DNA from: Gemmatimonadota bacterium
Lineage (GTDB): Bacteria > Gemmatimonadota > Gemmatimonadetes > Longimicrobiales > RSA9
DNA length: 21,349 bases
Reading direction: 5' to 3'
Assembly (NCBI GenBank): GCA_040905425.1
Contig: JBBDRO010000003.1
Location: 1-21,349, forward strand
Shown here: positions 16,159-21,349 of the stretch, in pieces
Position numbering within the stretch: position 1 is the stretch's first letter
How the letters are laid out: each line of letters starts with the position of its first letter
Translations under genes and position numbers: made by a program
The notes under the pieces: model-generated
The model's database searches: none
The model's input: only the letters and a program-made list of their open reading frames with translations
What the model was told of the DNA's origin: nothing

Positions 16159-16949
16159 CGGACGGGCTGATGGTGGCCTGGGCGTTGCTGGCGACCGTGG
16201 CAGCGGCCGTGTTCGTCGGGCTATGGCTGAGTTATCGGAGGCGCCTCTACACGCTGCAGGGCCGTCCGCTCGGGGGGCCCATCCCCACCGTGCAGCTCGA
16301 CGAGTTCGATCCGCTCTTCCGCCAGGATGATCTGGGTCCCACCACGGCGGCCGAGGTGGCCTTCATCGGCTCGGGCCGCGGGGTGCGCGGCGGCGCGTCG
16401 GATCGCGAGACCTGGGTGCTGGCCGCGCTGGCCCGGGACGCCCGCCTGGTGTTCGAATTCGGCACGGCCACCGGCAAGACCGCCTATCTGCTGGCGCGCA
16501 ACGCCGGGTCCGACGCCAGGGTGGTCACCCTGACGCTGGCGCCCGGCCAGCACACGGACTACGCGGCCGAGGGCGGGGACAGCCGGGTGGCGCGCCAGCG
16601 GGCGCTGAAGGAGTCCGCCTTCGAGCGCTTCCGCTACCACGGCACGTCGGTGGAGGACCGTGTGGACCAGCACTTTGGAGACAGCAAGGCGCTCGATCCG
16701 GCGCCGTGGGCCGGGCAGTGCGACCTGGTATTCGTGGATGGCTCCCACGCCGCCTCCTACGTGCGCAGTGACACCGAGAAGGCGCTGGAGCTGGTGGCGC
16801 CCGGCGGCTTGGTCCTGTGGCACGACTACCGCGGGCCGCACGGCTCCACGCGGGACGTGTGGCGGGAGCTCAACCGGCTGTCCGCCACCCTGCCGCTGGT
16901 GCACCTGGCGGGCACGTCGCTGGTGGCGTATCGGCGGCCGGAGGCGTGA
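16155..16949 (+). CDS. Class I SAM-dependent methyltransferase (Methyltransf_24-like) with N-terminal membrane anchor
   Basis: ATGA overlap with ABC gene stop; N-terminal TM followed by YRRR; FEFGTATG motif I; GDS; DLVFVDGSH-x3-YV-x2-D; PGGLVLWHDY. Confidence 0.85.
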   Translation: MTDGLMVAWALLATVAAAVFVGLWLSYRRRLYTLQGRPLGGPIPTVQLDEFDPLFRQDDLGPTTAAEVAFIGSGRGVRGGASDRETWVLAALARDARLVFEFGTATGKTAYLLARNAGSDARVVTLTLAPGQHTDYAAEGGDSRVARQRALKESAFERFRYHGTSVEDRVDQHFGDSKALDPAPWAGQCDLVFVDGSHAASYVRSDTEKALELVAPGGLVLWHDYRGPHGSTRDVWRELNRLSATLPLVHLAGTSLVAYRRPEA

Positions 16950-16950
16950 A

Positions 16951-18170
<1,220 letters not shown>

Positions 18171-18174
<4 letters not shown>

Positions 18175-19229
18175 GCGGGCCGCCGCCGGCCGCCCCCGGG
18201 CGCGTGCTGCTGGTCCAGCTCCACCACCTCGGTGACGTGCTGCTGTGCACGCCGGCGGTGCGGACCGTGCGCGCGGCGTTTCCGGGTACGCGCCTGGATT
18301 TCCTCACCGGATCCGCCGGTGCGGAGGCGCTGGCGGACAACCCCCACGTTGACGGCGTGGTGGCGGGAGGCAAGGGACTGGCGGCCTGGTGGCGGATCCG
18401 GCGCCGGCTGCGCGCCGCGGCCTACGACGTGGTGGTGGATTTCCATTCCACGCCGCGCACCGCCCGCTGGGTGGCGGCCACCCGTGCCCCGGTGCGCATC
18501 GGCGTGCGCGGCCGGGGGCCTCGGAACCGTCTCTATACGCTGCTCTGTCCGCGGGAAGGAGGACCCGTCTACATGGCGCGGCAGAAGATGGATCTGCTCG
18601 CGCCGCTCGGGGTCGAGCCACGGGCCTACGGGGATCTGCGCCTGGAGATGCACCCCGGGCCGGCGGCGCATGCCCGCGCCGACGCCATCCTGCGCACCGC
18701 CGGGTTGGACGGTCCAGAGCCCGTCATCGCGCTGTCCACCGTGGCGCGCGTGCCGGCCAAGCGGTGGAGCGTGGCCGCCTGGGCCGCGGTGGGCAATGCC
18801 CTCACGGCGGCCGGCGCGCGGGTGCTGCTCACCAGCGGCCCCGGGGAGCGCCACCAGGCGCGCGCCGTGGCCGAGCGCATGACGGGCCCGTCGGTGTGGG
18901 ATTACGGCGCCACGACGGTTCGGGAACTGGCCGCCCTGTATGGCCGCTGCGCCGCGTGGGGGGGCAATGACGGCGGTCCCAAGCATATGGCCGCGGCCGT
19001 GGGTACGCCCACCGTGACGGTCTTCCTCCCCGGCATGCCCGCCGTGTGGAACGATCCCGCGCCGGTGGTCCCGCAGGTGGCCTTCGAGCGGGCGGCGGGG
19101 CCGGCGTGCGCGTCCGGCTGCGGCACCTGTTCCGCCTGCCTGGGCGGGGTCGATCCACAGGACGTGGCGGCGGCGCTGCTGACCGCGGCGGCGGCCCGCC
19201 GCGGTGGGGAGGTCAGCCCGTGCGCCTGA
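18171..19229 (+). CDS. GT9 heptosyltransferase-like (WaaF/WaaQ-like)
   Basis: GTGA overlap; VLLVQLHHLGDVLLCTP; NPHVD; AKRW; GNDGGPKHMAAAVGTPTVTVF; C-terminal Cys cluster CASGCGTCSAC. Confidence 0.88.
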
Positions 19230-20218
19230 TGGTGATCGGCCGGTCCCGCCGGCACGCGGACGCCTGGGTCCTGGATCGGGAGCTGCGCAGGCGCGGCCAC
19301 ACGGTGGCCTACGTGGATGACCGCAAGCTGCGCCAGCTGATCGGGGGGCGCGCCGGGAGTGAGTGGATCCGGGCGCGGGCCGCGGCGTTTCGTCCCGAGC
19401 GGATTCTCACCTTCAAGCCCTATGATATCACCCTGGACGTGTACGCCTGGCTGGCCGCGCGCTGGCCGGTCACGCTGTGGTGGCGGGACCTGATCATCCC
19501 GGTGGATCAGGCCATCGCGGATCGCGCCGCCCACGCGGAGGTCACCTACGTGGCCGCCGGCGGGCAGATTCCGCAGTGGCAGGCGGCGGGCGCGCACAAC
19601 GTGCAGTTTCTGCCCAGCGCCGGAGACGCGGAGGAGAGTACGCCACGCCGCCCCGATCCCGCGCTGGCCTGCGACGTGGCCTTCGTGGGGCGCGGTTATG
19701 ATACGGCTCGGGCCGAATTCCTGTGCCGCCTGGCCGAGCGCTTCGACGTGCGCGTCTGGGGGCAGGCCTGGGATCCGTGGGCGGAGCGCCTCCGCTGGGA
19801 CGGCAGCACCGCCTACGGCGAGAAATTCGGCAGGGTGTGCGCCAGCGCGCGCATCATGCTGGACATCCAGCCCTCGTTCCAGGTGGAGGAGGGCGTGTGG
19901 GGCTATGTGTCGAATCGGGTGTTCAGGGTGATGGCCACCGGCGCCTTCCTGCTCGCGCACGCCACGCCGGGGGTGGACGCGCTCCTCACGGACGGGGTGC
20001 ACGCAGGCTTCTACGATGACGAGGAGAGTGCCGTGCAGCGGATCGAGCACTGGCTGGCCGATGACGAGGGCCGGGCCCGGGTGGCGGCCGCCGGCCGCAC
20101 GTTCGTGCTGGAGCACCACACGTACGCGGCACGGCTGCCCTACCTGCTCACGGGCGCGCCCTGGGTGAACCCGCTGGACGGTGGCCAGGCCCCCGGTGTG
20201 CCGGGGGACGCCGCATGA
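19220..20218 (+). CDS. CgeB/YkvP-like glycosyltransferase (Glyco_trans_1_2)
   Basis: GGGAGG SD then GTG 19220 (alternative ATG 19229); CDVAFVG; SNRVF-x-VMATGAFLL; GR-x2-VLEHHTY-x2-R. Confidence 0.85.
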   Translation: MRLMVIGRSRRHADAWVLDRELRRRGHTVAYVDDRKLRQLIGGRAGSEWIRARAAAFRPERILTFKPYDITLDVYAWLAARWPVTLWWRDLIIPVDQAIADRAAHAEVTYVAAGGQIPQWQAAGAHNVQFLPSAGDAEESTPRRPDPALACDVAFVGRGYDTARAEFLCRLAERFDVRVWGQAWDPWAERLRWDGSTAYGEKFGRVCASARIMLDIQPSFQVEEGVWGYVSNRVFRVMATGAFLLAHATPGVDALLTDGVHAGFYDDEESAVQRIEHWLADDEGRARVAAAGRTFVLEHHTYAARLPYLLTGAPWVNPLDGGQAPGVPGDAA

Positions 20219-20250
20219 TGCCGCCGCGGCGGTCCCGGGGGGATGACGCC

Positions 20251-21312
20251 ATGAGCGTCCTGCATGTGGATACGGGGCGCGCCTGGGGCGGTGGACAGAA
20301 CCAGGTCCGCCTGCTCATGGGCTGGCTGGCCGACCACGGTGTGCGGCAGCTCTGCCTCTGCCCCGATGGTAGCCCGCTGGAGCGGCGGCTGCGCACCGAG
20401 GGCCTGCCCGTGCGCGGCGTCACCTGGGGAGGGGGCGGTCCGCGCACGTTCCTGCGCATCTTCCGCGAGGTGCGGGAGTGGGAGCTGGTGCACTGCCACG
20501 ACGCGCACGCGCTGCATCTCACCCAGCGGGCGGGGCGTCTGCGTGGCAAGCCGGTGATCGCGGTGCGGCGCAGCCTGCGGCCACCGGAGTCATCCGGCTG
20601 GAAACGGGCCGCCGCCGTGCTGGCCATCTCCGAGAGCGTGCGGCAGGGGCTGCTGGCCGCCGGGGTGGATGAGGCGCGCGTCCACACGGTCTACTCCGGG
20701 GTGGATCCGGAGGAGCTCCGCCACCTGGAGGTGCCCGTGCCCACGCTGCGCGAGCGGATCGGGCTGGGGCCTGAGCCTTTTCTGGCCGGGAGTGTGGGCG
20801 CGCTCGCGGGCACCAAGAATCAGATCTTTCTCACCCAGGTGGCGGCCCGCCTGCGGGACACCGAGTGGGTGGTCATCGGCGAGGGCCCCGAGCGCGATGC
20901 CATCCGGCAGGCCATCGTGGCGCACGGCATCCGGGGCTCCTTCCACCTGCCCGGTCACCTCCCCGACGCCCGCCGCTACCTGCCCGAGCTGGACGTGTTC
21001 GTCTATGCCGCCGTAGGCGAAGGGCTGGGCACCAGCCTGCTGGACGCCATGGGCAGGGACGTACCGGTCATCGCGGCCGCCGACGGCGGGCCGGAGGAAA
21101 TTCTGGCGCCCGTGCACGCGAGCACGGGTGCATCACTCTATCCCCCCGGGGACGCGGACGCCGCCGCCGCGTTGGTGGGCCGGGTGCGGGCGGAACCCGA
21201 GCTGCGCAAAGCCATGGTGGCGGCGCAGCGCAAGCGCCTGCCCGCGTTCCGCGCGGCGCGCACGGGCGCGCTCACCCTGGACGTCTATCGATCCCTCATG
21301 GAGCGCGAGTGA
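20251..21312 (+). CDS. GT4 glycosyltransferase; alternative start 20215 (ATGA overlap)
   Basis: MSVLHVDTGRAWGGGQNQV; VHCHDAHA; VYSGVD; KNQ; EGLGTSLLDAM-x3-VPVIA-x3-GG-x2-EI. Confidence 0.88.
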   Translation: MSVLHVDTGRAWGGGQNQVRLLMGWLADHGVRQLCLCPDGSPLERRLRTEGLPVRGVTWGGGGPRTFLRIFREVREWELVHCHDAHALHLTQRAGRLRGKPVIAVRRSLRPPESSGWKRAAAVLAISESVRQGLLAAGVDEARVHTVYSGVDPEELRHLEVPVPTLRERIGLGPEPFLAGSVGALAGTKNQIFLTQVAARLRDTEWVVIGEGPERDAIRQAIVAHGIRGSFHLPGHLPDARRYLPELDVFVYAAVGEGLGTSLLDAMGRDVPVIAAADGGPEEILAPVHASTGASLYPPGDADAAAALVGRVRAEPELRKAMVAAQRKRLPAFRAARTGALTLDVYRSLMERE

Positions 21313-21349
21313 CGCGGGAGCCGGCGCAGGGGGAGGGGCCGGAGCGCGG
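21309..21349 (+). CDS. Possible start of the next operon gene, truncated by the window edge
   Basis: GTGA overlap with the GT4 stop and GGAG 5 nt upstream, the same coupling pattern as earlier genes; only 13 codons visible. Confidence 0.3.
   Translation, partial: MTREPAQGEGPER

Noticed and set aside
19105..19140. CASGCGTCSAC as a ferredoxin-type Fe-S or heme-binding motif
   Set aside because: No CxxCH; C-terminal Cys clusters at this position are common in GT9 heptosyltransferases

Overview
A very GC-rich (visually ~70%+), densely coding bacterial window. Gene content (M1/M23 lipoproteins, TonB-like protein, PorX-like regulator, KdkA/GT9/MsbA-type LPS genes) fits a Gram-negative bacterium, plausibly Gemmatimonadota (inference only). 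Order: M1 aminopeptidase and M23 peptidase lipoproteins (+); GlpA-like FAD dehydrogenase (-); TonB-like protein (+); a four-gene unknown-function cassette (small membrane protein on -, two DUF1990-like and one DUF4126-like gene on +) with back-to-back sigma54-type motifs in its divergent gap; GDP-mannose 3,5-epimerase-like and WcaI/WbuB-like GT4 genes (-); then a long LPS/surface-glycan cluster (+): hypothetical, Kdo kinase, GT9, an antisense lipoprotein, PorX-like REC-PglZ protein, MsbA-like ABC exporter, membrane-anchored methyltransferase, GT4 with a 12-bp tandem repeat tail, GT9, CgeB-like GT, GT4. I found no rRNA, tRNA, CRISPR array or transposase. Best leads: the PorX-like protein heading an LPS export/tailoring operon with no T9SS or BREX genes nearby, and the divergent sigma54-type unknown-function cassette. 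All family calls come from motif recognition by eye, not database searches.
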